Assembly: GCA_963666115.2 (NCBI GenBank)
Contig: CAXXET010000006.1
Location: forward strand, 192,001-256,000
Direction of reading: 5' to 3'
DNA from: Dehalococcoidia bacterium
GTDB lineage: Bacteria > Chloroflexota > Dehalococcoidia > UBA6926
DNA: 64,000 bases
Numbering within the stretch: position 1 is the stretch's first letter; every line of letters starts with the position of its first letter. A program made the translations under genes and the position numbers. This document shows, piece by piece, positions 28,806 through 38,787 of the stretch. The notes under the pieces were generated by a model. That model was given only the letters and a program-made list of their open reading frames with translations, was not told where the DNA came from and ran no database searches.

Positions 28806-30668
28806 ATGGGCGCCATCGTGGGCTACGTCGGGGTTCGGGAGGCCGTGCCGGTTCTCCTCCAGGCGCTTTCGCAGGTGCGGGACCAGCGCTATGACAGCGC
28901 CGGCGTGGCCGTGCGCGACCCGGACGGCTACTTCAACGCCGTGAAAACCGTTGGACGGCTCGATGTCCTGGAGGGCGCGTTGTCCGAAGAACCGCCTCTT
29001 GGGCACATGGGCCTGGGGCACACGCGGTGGCGGACGCACGGGGCGGTGACGACTGAGAACGCGCAGCCGCACCTGGACCGCCATGGCCTGGTCGCTGTCG
29101 TCACGAACGGCATCGTTGAGAACCACGTCGAGCTCAAGACGGAGCTACAGGGTCGCGGCCATCGCTTCGTTTCGACGACGGACGCGGAGGTGATTCCGCA
29201 TCTGATCGATGAGGAACTGTCGATGGCGGGCGCGGAGGCGAGTCTGGAGTCCGCCGTTCGAGCGGCGATGGCGCGGACACGGGGAACGCTGGCTGTGGTG
29301 GCGGCGCGCGCGGAGGAGCCGGAGACGATTGTGGCTGCGCGGAGCGGCTATGCGAGCCGCCTTGTGGTGGGGTGGGGGAACAATGAGGCGTTCGTGGCGA
29401 GTGAGGCGGGGCCGCTGATAAGCACGGCGGACAGGATCGCGTTCCTGGCGGCAGGGGAAATGGCGATCGTGACGCCGCGCGGGGTGGAATTCAAGACGCT
29501 CATGGCGGGCGTTCCGATTAGCAAGCGGTCCATTTCGCCGTCGGAGGAGCCGATGGCGGCGGCGCGGGGCGGCCACATGACGTTCATGATCAAGGAGATC
29601 ACGGAGCAGCCGGAGGCGTGGACGGACGCGCTGCGGGGGCGGGTGGATTTCGACACGGTCTCCCTGCGGATGGAGGAACTCGACTCCATCCGGGATGTTC
29701 TCCTAAGCGTTGAGCGGGTGGTGCTCACCGGTTCAAGTTCGTCACTGCACGCGGCAGATGCCGGCCGGCTGTATATCGAAGAGTTGACCGATCTGCCGTG
29801 CCAAGTTGCCGTCGGTTCAGAGATTGTCTTTGGGGATTTTGAGCTTGGCCCAAATACCCTGTTCATCGCAGTGACGGCATCGGGCGAGACGCTGGATACG
29901 CTGGGCGCGATGACCCTTGCCAGTGAACTGGGCTGCCCGACGATCATGGTGACGAATGACGAGGATTCGACTGGGGCGCTGATGGCCGACAGCGTTGTGC
30001 CGCTGCGCTGTGGACGCGAGGTTGGGATGGCGTCCACAAAGTCGTTCACGTCGTCCGTGCTCACGTTCTACCTGATCGCGATGCATCTTGCTCTCATCCG
30101 GGGAAATGACGGCGCAGAATCCGTGCCCGGCCGCCTGAACGAACTGAGCAAGCTGGCGGGGTACGCGAACCGGATTCTCGAAGATCCCTCTTTGCCCTCG
30201 GCGCTGGCGACCCGCTATTCAACGCGACGCGACGCGCTGTTCCTGGCGCATGGACGGTTGTACCCGGTGGCGGCAGAGGGGGCGTGGAAGCTCATCCAGC
30301 TTGGGTATATCCACGCCACGGCGTACCCGGGATCGGAGCTCATTCACGGCCCCATCGCCCTCGTGAACGGGGATGAGACGCCCGCCTTTGCCATTGCGCC
30401 GCACGGCCCGGAGTACGGGCGCATGGCGCTTTCGGTGCGGCTGCTCAAGGAAAACGGGGGCGTGGTGGCGGCGATTTTGACGGAGGGGGACGAGGAGCTT
30501 GCGCCGATTGTGGATCATCCCATCTTCATCCCGGCGGACACGCCGCAGTCGCTGCTGCCGCTGGTGACGGCGCTGCCGGTGCAGTTATTTGCGTATTACG
30601 CGGGGATTCAGAAGGGGAACGAGGTGGACAACCCGCGGAATATCCAGCGGCTGGAGGAGTTGATGTAG
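28806..30668 (+). CDS. GlmS-like protein with degenerate active sites
   Basis: Full GATase-SIS-SIS architecture (YDSAG, GHTRW, ASTKSF, HGP, PRN) but begins MGAIVG instead of MCGIVG. Confidence 0.85.
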   Translation: MGAIVGYVGVREAVPVLLQALSQVRDQRYDSAGVAVRDPDGYFNAVKTVGRLDVLEGALSEEPPLGHMGLGHTRWRTHGAVTTENAQPHLDRHGLVAVVTNGIVENHVELKTELQGRGHRFVSTTDAEVIPHLIDEELSMAGAEASLESAVRAAMARTRGTLAVVAARAEEPETIVAARSGYASRLVVGWGNNEAFVASEAGPLISTADRIAFLAAGEMAIVTPRGVEFKTLMAGVPISKRSISPSEEPMAAARGGHMTFMIKEITEQPEAWTDALRGRVDFDTVSLRMEELDSIRDVLLSVERVVLTGSSSSLHAADAGRLYIEELTDLPCQVAVGSEIVFGDFELGPNTLFIAVTASGETLDTLGAMTLASELGCPTIMVTNDEDSTGALMADSVVPLRCGREVGMASTKSFTSSVLTFYLIAMHLALIRGNDGAESVPGRLNELSKLAGYANRILEDPSLPSALATRYSTRRDALFLAHGRLYPVAAEGAWKLIQLGYIHATAYPGSELIHGPIALVNGDETPAFAIAPHGPEYGRMALSVRLLKENGGVVAAILTEGDEELAPIVDHPIFIPADTPQSLLPLVTALPVQLFAYYAGIQKGNEVDNPRNIQRLEELM

Positions 30669-30672
30669 GGGG

Positions 30673-33084
30673 TTAGACGAGGACTCCTCCTTCGATTAGT
30701 TCGCGGATGTCTGCTTCGGAGAGGCCCAGGAGTTCACGCATGACGTAGTCGTTGTGCTGGCCTAGGGCGGGGGCGCCCATGCGGATTGCGCCCGGGGTGT
30801 CCTCAAGCTTCGCGCCATAGGAGGCGTGGCCAATGTCGCCCCACTGCGGCTCCTCATGCGGAACGTTAACGATGTAGCCGCGCGCGTTCATCGCCGGATC
30901 GTAATACACTTCCTCAGTCGTTTGGGCCGCGACGGCGGGCACGCCCTGCTTCTGGAGGGTCAACATGACCTGGCGGGGGGTCAGGCTACTCGTCCACTCG
31001 GAGACGAGCTCATCGAGGGCCTCACGGTTTGCGAGACGGGCGTCCAACGTGGCGAAACGCGGGTCCTGCGTCCACTCCGGCGGGTCCTGGTTGGGCGGGG
31101 TCATGCCGCGCACCAGTCCCTCCCACTCTTCCTCCGTGTGGCAGGCGATGACGCACCAGCGGTCATCCCCGGCACAGGGGTAGGCGTCGTGCGGGGCGGC
31201 GTATTCGCGCTTGTTGCCCGTCGGCTCCTGGTTGACGCCGTTGATGACGTAGTCCAGAAGAGGGACGCCGAGCGCGTTGGCCTGCGCCTCCACCTGCGAG
31301 ACCTCGATGCGCTGCCCCTGCCCCGTCCTGAGCTTGTGATACAGCGCGGCTTGCAGCATGTAGCCGGAGAGGCCGCCGACGAAGAAATCGGCATAGTAGA
31401 CGCCGCAGCGCATGGATGGCGGCGACTCAGGATGCCCCCAGAGGTAGGTGACGCCGGAGGCCGTCTGCGCCTGCAGGCCGAACAGCACGTGGGAGGCGAA
31501 GGGGCCGGTGCTGCCCCAGCCGGGCATGCTCATGTAGACGATATCCGGCTTGACGGCACGGATGCCCTCATAGTCCAAGCCCCAGCGGGTAAGCGCGCCG
31601 GCGGCGTAGTTCTCAACGACGGCATCGCTTGTCGCCGCGAGCTTTCGGACAATGTTCTGCCCCTCCTCGAAGTGGAGGTCAACGGTGATGCTCATCTTGT
31701 TGCGGTTGAGTTCCGGGTGCATGGGGAGGATGCCGGTGATGCGCGACGCGGGGTCGAACAGCGAGGATTCGATCTTGATGACGTCCGCGCCGAAGTCCGC
31801 CAACTGGCGCGTTCCGTACGGGCCGACCCAGATGCGCGTGAGGTCCGTGATGCGGACTCCCTCCATGGGCAAGCGTCCGTTGCCGGGGTTGGCCATGACG
31901 GGGGCTGCCGACGCCGATTGCGCGGCGTTGTTCGCTTCGGCAAGCACCTCACCGGTGTGCTGGCCGAGCGTCGGGGCGGGGCGGCGCAGGGACCATGGGG
32001 TTTCCGAGAGGCGGCCTGCTGGGCCGGGGAGCTTGTAGTCGCCCAAGACGGGATGCGTCACGTCCTGGAAATAGTCGCGGAAGAGGAGGTGGGGGTTCTG
32101 GGCGAGATCGGCCGGGGAACTGACGGGGGCGGCGGGGATGCGGCGGGCCTGTGCCTCTTCCACGGCCTCCGCGACGGTCTTGGTGAGGAAGAACTCGACC
32201 GCAATCTCGTTGATGAAGTCCTTGTTCTCCTGGCGGACGGTGAGTTCGCGGAACATCTCGTCCTGGATGATTTCATTGCCCGTCCACTGGGCGAACGTCA
32301 TGAACTGGTTGGGTTGGATGGGGGAGAAGCCGATCCAGCCGTCGGAGCACTCAAAGACGCCGGTTCCGCCGCCGCCGCCCGTGCCAGGGCGCTCCGCGAC
32401 GGCGCTGTTGTAGCCGAACTGGGCGACGATGAACAGGATGTTGGCGGTGGCCTCCATCATGGAGACATCCACACGCTGGCCGCGGCCTGAGTGCTCACGC
32501 GCGAAGAGGGCGTTCATAATGCCGATGGCCGCGTGCGTGCCGGCGACGGAATAGCCGAGGAAGGATGGCGACATGACGGGCGCGCGCTCGGGATCGCCCT
32601 GCAAGAGCATGAGGCCGCCCATGGCCTCTGCGTGGAGGTCGGTGCCCTTGTAGGAGGCGTAGGGGCCGGTTTGGCCATAGGGAGTGACGGAACAGAGGAT
32701 CAGTCCGGGGTTTCCGGCGCGCAGGCTTTCGAAATCGAGGCCGACTTCGTCCATGTAGCCGGGGGAGTTGGTTTCGAGGATTACGTCAACGGATTGGGCG
32801 AGTCGGCGGATTGTGTCTCGACCTTCTTCCGCGGCGATGTCCACGACAGCGCTGCGCTTGTTGGTGTGGAACGAATGGAAGACGAGGCTGCGCTCCGGGC
32901 CGGGCTCTCCGGCGGCGTAGGGGGGCATACGGCGGCTGGCGTCGCCGTCCGGGCCCTCGATGAGGATGACGTCCGCACCGAAATCGGCGAGGAGTTTGGA
33001 GGCGTACATGGACGGCAGGCCGCCGAGGTCAAGGACGCGGATGCCGTTGAGGGCGGCGGGACGGTTCGCATTATCGGATGTCAT
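30673..33084 (-). CDS. Fused tandem family III CoA-transferase (CaiB/BaiF x2)
   Basis: Two GIRVLDL..LADFGADVI modules; NRNK..DL; APxLGQH twice. Confidence 0.92.
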   Translation of the reverse strand: MTSDNANRPAALNGIRVLDLGGLPSMYASKLLADFGADVILIEGPDGDASRRMPPYAAGEPGPERSLVFHSFHTNKRSAVVDIAAEEGRDTIRRLAQSVDVILETNSPGYMDEVGLDFESLRAGNPGLILCSVTPYGQTGPYASYKGTDLHAEAMGGLMLLQGDPERAPVMSPSFLGYSVAGTHAAIGIMNALFAREHSGRGQRVDVSMMEATANILFIVAQFGYNSAVAERPGTGGGGGTGVFECSDGWIGFSPIQPNQFMTFAQWTGNEIIQDEMFRELTVRQENKDFINEIAVEFFLTKTVAEAVEEAQARRIPAAPVSSPADLAQNPHLLFRDYFQDVTHPVLGDYKLPGPAGRLSETPWSLRRPAPTLGQHTGEVLAEANNAAQSASAAPVMANPGNGRLPMEGVRITDLTRIWVGPYGTRQLADFGADVIKIESSLFDPASRITGILPMHPELNRNKMSITVDLHFEEGQNIVRKLAATSDAVVENYAAGALTRWGLDYEGIRAVKPDIVYMSMPGWGSTGPFASHVLFGLQAQTASGVTYLWGHPESPPSMRCGVYYADFFVGGLSGYMLQAALYHKLRTGQGQRIEVSQVEAQANALGVPLLDYVINGVNQEPTGNKREYAAPHDAYPCAGDDRWCVIACHTEEEWEGLVRGMTPPNQDPPEWTQDPRFATLDARLANREALDELVSEWTSSLTPRQVMLTLQKQGVPAVAAQTTEEVYYDPAMNARGYIVNVPHEEPQWGDIGHASYGAKLEDTPGAIRMGAPALGQHNDYVMRELLGLSEADIRELIEGGVLV

Positions 33085-33135
33085 GTTTGTTCCTTCCTGG
33101 CTTTATCTTTCCGTAGGGTGCTTGCTGGCCTTACC

Positions 33136-35541
33136 CTACGTCAAAGCTCCCGTGTCATGGAGTTTTTGGATCTCCTGGTTGGAGAGGTTTAGGATTTTTT
33201 GGAGGACGTGGTTGTTGTGCTGGCCCAGGGCGGCGGAGGGCATTCTTGAGCCGCCCGGGGTTTCTGAGAGGCGGACGGTGACGCCGGGTTGCTCGAGGGT
33301 GCCCCAGTCCGGGTGGTTTAGGGTGTGGATGTAGCCTCGCTGCCGCAGGTGGGGGTCCCAGAAGAGTCCTTCGCCGTCTAGGACGGCGGTGGCGGCGATG
33401 CCGGCGCGCTGGAGCAGGTGCATGACCTGGCGCGGCGTCTGCGTTCGCGTCCACTCGGACAGGCCGGCGTTCAGCGCGTCCTCGTTGGCCTTGCGCCCTT
33501 CCTGCGTCGCATAGTCCGGGACAAGCGCCCATGCGGGGCTGCCGAGGGCCTCAACGAGCGACTGCCATTGGACGTCGGTCTCGCAGGAGATCGCGCACCA
33601 GGCATCGTGTCCCAGGGCGGGGTAGATGCCGTGCGGGGCGTGGAGGGGGTGGCGGTTGCCGACAGGCTCGCCGGGGCGACCGTTGAGCTTGTAGTCCATG
33701 AAGGGCATGGCCATGGTGTTGCCGACGGCCTCCACCTGCGCCATTTCGACGTGCTGGCCGCGTCCGGTCTCCGCCTTGTGGTAGATGGCGGCAAGGGCGG
33801 CGAGCGCAGTGAGGCTGGCAATGAGAAAGTCGGGGTAGTCGAACTTGCACCGGGCGTTCGGCTCGGACTCCGGGTGTCCCCAGGTGTAGCTGAGGCCGGA
33901 GACGGAGACGAGGCTGAATCCGAATGCGACGTGATCACGCAGCGGGCCGATGCTGCCCCAGCCGGGCATGCTGATCTGGATGATGTCCGGGTTGATTTTT
34001 TTCAACTCTTCATAGCCGAGGCCGAAGCGGTCAATGACGCCCAGGGCAAAGTTGTCTATGACGAGGTCGGATACGGCGGCGATTCGCTTGGCGACATCCC
34101 GCGCCTCATCGTGATGCAGGTCGAGCGTGATGCTGTGCTTGTTGCGGTTGAGGTCGGCTACGAATGGCATCGTCCCCTGGCGGTTGTTGGTGTCGAAGAG
34201 GGAGGATTCGACCTTGATGACCTCCGCGCCGTAGTCCGCGAGTTGGCGGGTGCAGTATGGGCCGGCCCAGATGCGTGTGAAGTCCAGGACGCGGACGCCT
34301 TCAAGGGGGAGGACGGGGGATGGATTCCGGCTTTCGCCGGAATGACGGGAAGTGGGTTGGGCGGAATAAGAGGAGGGAGGTTGTTCGGCGGTGATTTGGC
34401 CGGCGTGTTCGTTGAGGAGGGGGGCGCGTTTGGGCTGGGCGATGGGGGTTTCCGACATGCGGAAGGGGGGGCCGGGGAGGGGATATTCGCCGATTTCGGG
34501 GTGTTCGACGGTTGTGAAGTAGTCGCGCTCAGCGAACTGGACGTTGTCGGCAAAGTCGCCGGGGCGATTGACGGGGGCGGCGGCGAGGCGGCGTGACTGC
34601 GCCTCTTCAACGAACTCGGCGACCGTGAACTGCTCGATGAACGGGCGCACGAGGGAATCGATGAACTGCATATTTTCGCCCTGCCGGTTGATGAGGGGGT
34701 ACCAGAACTCGTCCTGCAGGGCAGGCTCGCCCATCCAATCGAAGAAGACCCTGGCCTGGGGGGCGAGGAGCACGGCGAGGCTCACCCATCCGTCCTTGCA
34801 CCTGTAGATGTTGTAGGGGGCGAGATTGCCGCTTGCTCCGATGCGTTCGCCGATCTCAGACGTGGCCGAGTAGCGGATGATCTGGTAGAAGATGTTGGCG
34901 AGCACCTCCTGCATGGAGACCTCAACGTGCTGGCCTTTGTTCGTCTTGCGGCGCGCCATGAGGGCATAGAAGACCCCGTGCGCGGCGTGGGTGTTGGCCA
35001 GGATATACGCCTGGTCGAGCGGGGCGGCGGCAGGGGGCTGTTCGTCGTCGCCCTGGATGGTGGTCAGCCCGCTCATCGCGATGGCGTGGAGGTCCGAACC
35101 CGCGTAGCCGCTGTAGGGGCCGGACTCGCCGAACGGTGTGACGGAGACGGTGATCAGGCGGGGATTTTCTGCTCTCAGAACGTCATCGGACAGCCCGAGA
35201 CCATGGAGGTAGCCGGGATCGAAACTGTCCAGCAGGACATCGCCGGACTGCGCCATGTCCAGCAGCTGCTGGCGGCCGGTGTCCGTTTCGATGTCGATGA
35301 CGACGCTGGACTTGTTGGAGTTGTAGGCGAGCCAGCGGAGGCCGCGGTCTGGGCCGGGCCGGTCACCGGCGAACGGGGGCAGGAACCGGACGGGGTCGCC
35401 GCCCGGCGGCTCGATCTTGATGACCTCCGCGCCCAGGTCTGCCAGCAAGCGGCCGGCGTACTGCCCGGCCAGGCCGGACAGGTCAAGGACGCGGATTCCC
35501 GCAAGGACGGACGGGGGCGTTTGGCTGTCTGTCGTCGTCAT
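33136..35541 (-). CDS. Fused tandem family III CoA-transferase (CaiB/BaiF x2)
   Basis: Two modules; paralog of the adjacent gene; repeat-derived insertion in the linker. Confidence 0.92.
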   Translation of the reverse strand: MTTTDSQTPPSVLAGIRVLDLSGLAGQYAGRLLADLGAEVIKIEPPGGDPVRFLPPFAGDRPGPDRGLRWLAYNSNKSSVVIDIETDTGRQQLLDMAQSGDVLLDSFDPGYLHGLGLSDDVLRAENPRLITVSVTPFGESGPYSGYAGSDLHAIAMSGLTTIQGDDEQPPAAAPLDQAYILANTHAAHGVFYALMARRKTNKGQHVEVSMQEVLANIFYQIIRYSATSEIGERIGASGNLAPYNIYRCKDGWVSLAVLLAPQARVFFDWMGEPALQDEFWYPLINRQGENMQFIDSLVRPFIEQFTVAEFVEEAQSRRLAAAPVNRPGDFADNVQFAERDYFTTVEHPEIGEYPLPGPPFRMSETPIAQPKRAPLLNEHAGQITAEQPPSSYSAQPTSRHSGESRNPSPVLPLEGVRVLDFTRIWAGPYCTRQLADYGAEVIKVESSLFDTNNRQGTMPFVADLNRNKHSITLDLHHDEARDVAKRIAAVSDLVIDNFALGVIDRFGLGYEELKKINPDIIQISMPGWGSIGPLRDHVAFGFSLVSVSGLSYTWGHPESEPNARCKFDYPDFLIASLTALAALAAIYHKAETGRGQHVEMAQVEAVGNTMAMPFMDYKLNGRPGEPVGNRHPLHAPHGIYPALGHDAWCAISCETDVQWQSLVEALGSPAWALVPDYATQEGRKANEDALNAGLSEWTRTQTPRQVMHLLQRAGIAATAVLDGEGLFWDPHLRQRGYIHTLNHPDWGTLEQPGVTVRLSETPGGSRMPSAALGQHNNHVLQKILNLSNQEIQKLHDTGALT
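34322..34346. repeat. Family A palindrome inside coding sequence
   Basis: GGATTCCGGCTTTCGCCGGAATGAC, translated as part of SRHSGESRNP. Confidence 0.85.
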
Positions 35542-35601
35542 TGTCTCCCCTGTTTGGCTACGCTACGGACATTCGCAAGCGTAGCAGGATGGGACGCGCC
35601 G

Positions 35602-37137
35602 TCAAGCATATTCGGTGATCGGCTGGGCGAGTATCCAGAGGCTGACCATCGTGTAGCCGACCATGAGGATGAGCATGGCGCGTTGGCTTCTCAGGGCGAC
35701 ATCGTGCGCGCCAAAGTGGCGCAGGGCCGTGGCGTGGGCAAGGAAAACGGCGATGACGTGGCCGATGACGATGGCGGCGATTGCCAGTATCCAGACGAAT
35801 TGCGCGTTGACGATGCCGATGTTGACCTGGTAGCCAGCAGTGCCGAACAGATTCCAGCCGAACCCGAACGGATCGGAGGCGTGGGGGATGACGACCTGCC
35901 CCTGGATGAGCAGGTATGAGACGAAGTGGGCAAGGTGGTAGGCGAAGGCGATGGGGACAAGGGATAGGGCAAAGGCGCGGGCGGAGGCCATCGCGCCACG
36001 TGTTTCCGGCGTCTCGCCTGAGCGGGCCATGATCGCGCAGAAGAGGAGATAGGCGGCGACAAATATGGCTGCGAATGCTATGAGGCCGGCGGTGTTGACG
36101 AGGGTGACGGCGGTGGATGTCCAGCCGGGAGAGTTGACGAAGACCCGGTGGACCAACTGCGCCCAGGGCGGCGTGTCCTGTAGGCCGTCAAACGTGACGG
36201 TGGACAGGAGAACGACGACGAGAATCATGTAGGAGGTTGACGTTGCGGCGGTATTGAGCAGGCCGGCGCCCGGGGGGCGAAGGCCAAGCTCCCGGCGCTC
36301 GGGCGGGGCGGCGCGAAAGGCTTCGACGTCGTCGATGGATTCCGTCTCGCCCGATTCGGACACGACGCGCAGTTCCGTTGGGGCGAACCGGGCCAGGACG
36401 CCAAAGACGAGGGAGAAGACATCCGCGTTGCGCATCCACGCGTCGGCTCCAAAGATGGCCATGCCCCACCAGGTGATCATGCAGTAGCCGACGATGGCAA
36501 TGGCGAGCGACAGCGGCTCGGCGGAGCCCTCGTAGGCGATCTCAAACCACGCGAAGAGCGCAAAGACGATGACGGCGGGCCATGACGCCCACGCGGGCGG
36601 GTAAGCGGAATCGTCCTGGCCGAAACTGAGGCCGCCGGGGATAGCGCGGCGGGCGAGCGCATCCATCCATTCATAGATCGCGCGGACGGGGTTGATGAGG
36701 CCCCAGACGTTGCCGATGAGGGCGGACGCGAACGCGATGCCGACCCACCAGTACACCCAGACGAGAACGGGGGCGATGTTGGCGGTTGAGCGGTTGACGC
36801 CCAAAGCGCCGGCGAGCAGCACGAGCAGGAGCAGGAGGACGCTGAGGACGCGCAGCGTTTGAATGACGGGCGGGCTGGCCAACACCCGGACAGGCCACAG
36901 CTTGAGGAGGTTGACGCGGGTGTAGTCGGTTGCGCTCGGCGTCCGGCGCACAAAGACGGCGACGATGACGAATGACAGGGCGACGGCCAGCCCCGCGCCC
37001 GTCATATAGAGCGAGAGGGGCAGGGGGAGGTCATATTTCTCGCCGAAGCCGTGGGCGAACGCGACACCGGGGATTAGCCAGGCGAGAACGGCCAGCGCGG
37101 CTGCGAGCGGGACGATAGTTACAGCGAGCCTCTTCAT
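35602..37137 (-). CDS. Polytopic membrane protein (HGFG..YDLPLP family, often labelled 'fenitrothion hydrolase')
   Basis: About 12 TM segments; HGFGEKYDLPLP, STVTFDG, PIAFAYHLAH, SDPFG.GW. Confidence 0.7.
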   Translation of the reverse strand: MKRLAVTIVPLAAALAVLAWLIPGVAFAHGFGEKYDLPLPLSLYMTGAGLAVALSFVIVAVFVRRTPSATDYTRVNLLKLWPVRVLASPPVIQTLRVLSVLLLLLVLLAGALGVNRSTANIAPVLVWVYWWVGIAFASALIGNVWGLINPVRAIYEWMDALARRAIPGGLSFGQDDSAYPPAWASWPAVIVFALFAWFEIAYEGSAEPLSLAIAIVGYCMITWWGMAIFGADAWMRNADVFSLVFGVLARFAPTELRVVSESGETESIDDVEAFRAAPPERRELGLRPPGAGLLNTAATSTSYMILVVVLLSTVTFDGLQDTPPWAQLVHRVFVNSPGWTSTAVTLVNTAGLIAFAAIFVAAYLLFCAIMARSGETPETRGAMASARAFALSLVPIAFAYHLAHFVSYLLIQGQVVIPHASDPFGFGWNLFGTAGYQVNIGIVNAQFVWILAIAAIVIGHVIAVFLAHATALRHFGAHDVALRSQRAMLILMVGYTMVSLWILAQPITEYA

Positions 37138-37152
37138 TGCGGCCCGCTTATT

Positions 37153-37497
37153 TTACGGCCTGACTTCGAGAGTGGCGATTACGCGTTCATGGACGTCTGC
37201 AGCGTGGATGGCGATATCGTACCGGCCCGTCGCGTCTGCCTCGAAACTCATCGTGCCGGTCTCGCCGGGGGCCAACTGCGTCTCGATGTTGTAGCCGTGG
37301 AGGTGGACGAGGAGGGGCAGGTCGCTGGTCCAGTCGATGGTGACGGTGTCGTTTTGGTTGACGGTGATGGTTGATTCTTCGGTGGCGAGTTCGCCGCCCT
37401 CAATGGACATGGCGAAGGAGAGGTCCTGGGGCTCGCGGTCTTCGCAGGCTGCGGCGAGCAGGGCAGTGATAGCGAGAATGAGCAGGAGTGTCCTCAA
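37153..37497 (-). CDS. Cupredoxin-like lipoprotein
   Basis: Lipobox AAAC; VHLHGY, FEADATGRY..AIH. Confidence 0.7.
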   Translation of the reverse strand: MRTLLLILAITALLAAACEDREPQDLSFAMSIEGGELATEESTITVNQNDTVTIDWTSDLPLLVHLHGYNIETQLAPGETGTMSFEADATGRYDIAIHAADVHERVIATLEVRP

Positions 37498-37543
37498 CGT
37501 GCATGTACCTCCGTATCAGGTAACGCGGAGGGGGGCCGGGTCG

Positions 37544-38368
37544 TTAGAGGTCTTTTAGGATGTCCTGGGAGAGGGGGCGGGTGTGTTCGCTTGTGGGGAA
37601 TGTTCCGTCGCGGACTTCCCGGGCGTATTCGCCGACGGCGGCGCGGATGGTGTCGCCCAGTTGGGCGTATTGCTTGACGTGCCGCCCGACGTGGTCTGAG
37701 ACGATGCCGAGCATATCGCTCACGACCTGCACCTGGCCGTCACAGTGAGGGCCGGAGCCGATGCCGATGGTGGGGATGCTGAGCTGCTCGGTGATCATCT
37801 GCGAGAGCTGTTCCGGCACGAGTTCAAGCACAAGGGCGAACGCGCCGGCCTCTTCCACGGCCCTGGCGTCACGGATCATCTTGCGGGCATCGTCCGCCGT
37901 CTTGCGGCCCTGGAAGCGGCGTCCAATCTGGAACTCGGATTGCGGCGTAAAGCCGATATGTCCCATGACGGGGATGCCGCGTTCGACGATGAAGCGAATC
38001 GTCTCGGCCATCGTCTCGCCGCCCTCGAGCTTGACGGCCTGCGCGCCCGCCTCCTGGAGGAAGCGCGCCGCGTTCCTGAGCGCCTCCTCCTGGTTGGCCT
38101 GAAATGACATGAAGGGCATATCGCCGATGATCAGCGCGTTCCTTGCGCCGCGAACGACGGCCCTGGTGTGGTGGAGCATCTCCTCCATCGTTACGGAGAC
38201 GGTGGAGTCGTAGCCGAGCATCACGTTGCCGAGGCTGTCGCCGACGAGGATGGCCGGGACGCCCGCCTCATCGACGGCGCAGGCGGTGTAGTAGTCGTAG
38301 GCGGTCAGGACGGGAAAGCGTTGGCCTTCGTCTTTGAAGCCTCGGAGTTTCTGGATTGTGGTGCGCAC
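37544..38368 (-). CDS. panB: Ketopantoate hydroxymethyltransferase
   Basis: TAYDY, LVGDSLG, GDMPF, VKLEGG, GHIG. Confidence 0.96.
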   Translation of the reverse strand: MRTTIQKLRGFKDEGQRFPVLTAYDYYTACAVDEAGVPAILVGDSLGNVMLGYDSTVSVTMEEMLHHTRAVVRGARNALIIGDMPFMSFQANQEEALRNAARFLQEAGAQAVKLEGGETMAETIRFIVERGIPVMGHIGFTPQSEFQIGRRFQGRKTADDARKMIRDARAVEEAGAFALVLELVPEQLSQMITEQLSIPTIGIGSGPHCDGQVQVVSDMLGIVSDHVGRHVKQYAQLGDTIRAAVGEYAREVRDGTFPTSEHTRPLSQDILKDL

Positions 38369-38403
38369 GGCACTGGTCCTCGGCGCTGTTGGCGGGTCGA
38401 ACT

Positions 38404-38787
38404 CTAGTAGTAGCTGCGCGCTTCGATGCGGTTTGTGCGCTGGACGATGCGGTTGCGGGCGTCAACGCGCACGATGCGGGGGCTGACGCGGCAGGCGTCC
38501 TCTTCCGACATGTGCTGGAAATGGAGGACGATGATGAGGTCGCGCTCGCGGACGAGGAGTCCGGCTGCGCCGTTGACGCAGACCTGGCCGGAGCCGCGTG
38601 CACCCTCGATGGCGTAGGTTTCCAGGCGCGCGCCGTTGGTGATGTCCAGCACCTGCACGAGTTCATAGGGCAGGATGCCGGCGGCCTCCAGCAGATCGGG
38701 GTCGATTGTTATCGAGCCCTCGTAATCGACGTTTGCCTCTGTGACGGTGGCACGGTGAATCTTGCCGGCCAGCATTGTGCGCATCAT
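38404..38787 (-). CDS. panD: Aspartate 1-decarboxylase
   Basis: KIHRATVT, YEGSITID cleavage site, NGARLETY. Confidence 0.96.
   Translation of the reverse strand: MMRTMLAGKIHRATVTEANVDYEGSITIDPDLLEAAGILPYELVQVLDITNGARLETYAIEGARGSGQVCVNGAAGLLVRERDLIIVLHFQHMSEEDACRVSPRIVRVDARNRIVQRTNRIEARSYY

Noticed and set aside
30826-32490. Long antisense ORFs (also 33418-34596, 49074-50537, 21500-22819, 10317-11459)
   Set aside because: Typical high-GC shadow frames opposite well-supported genes.
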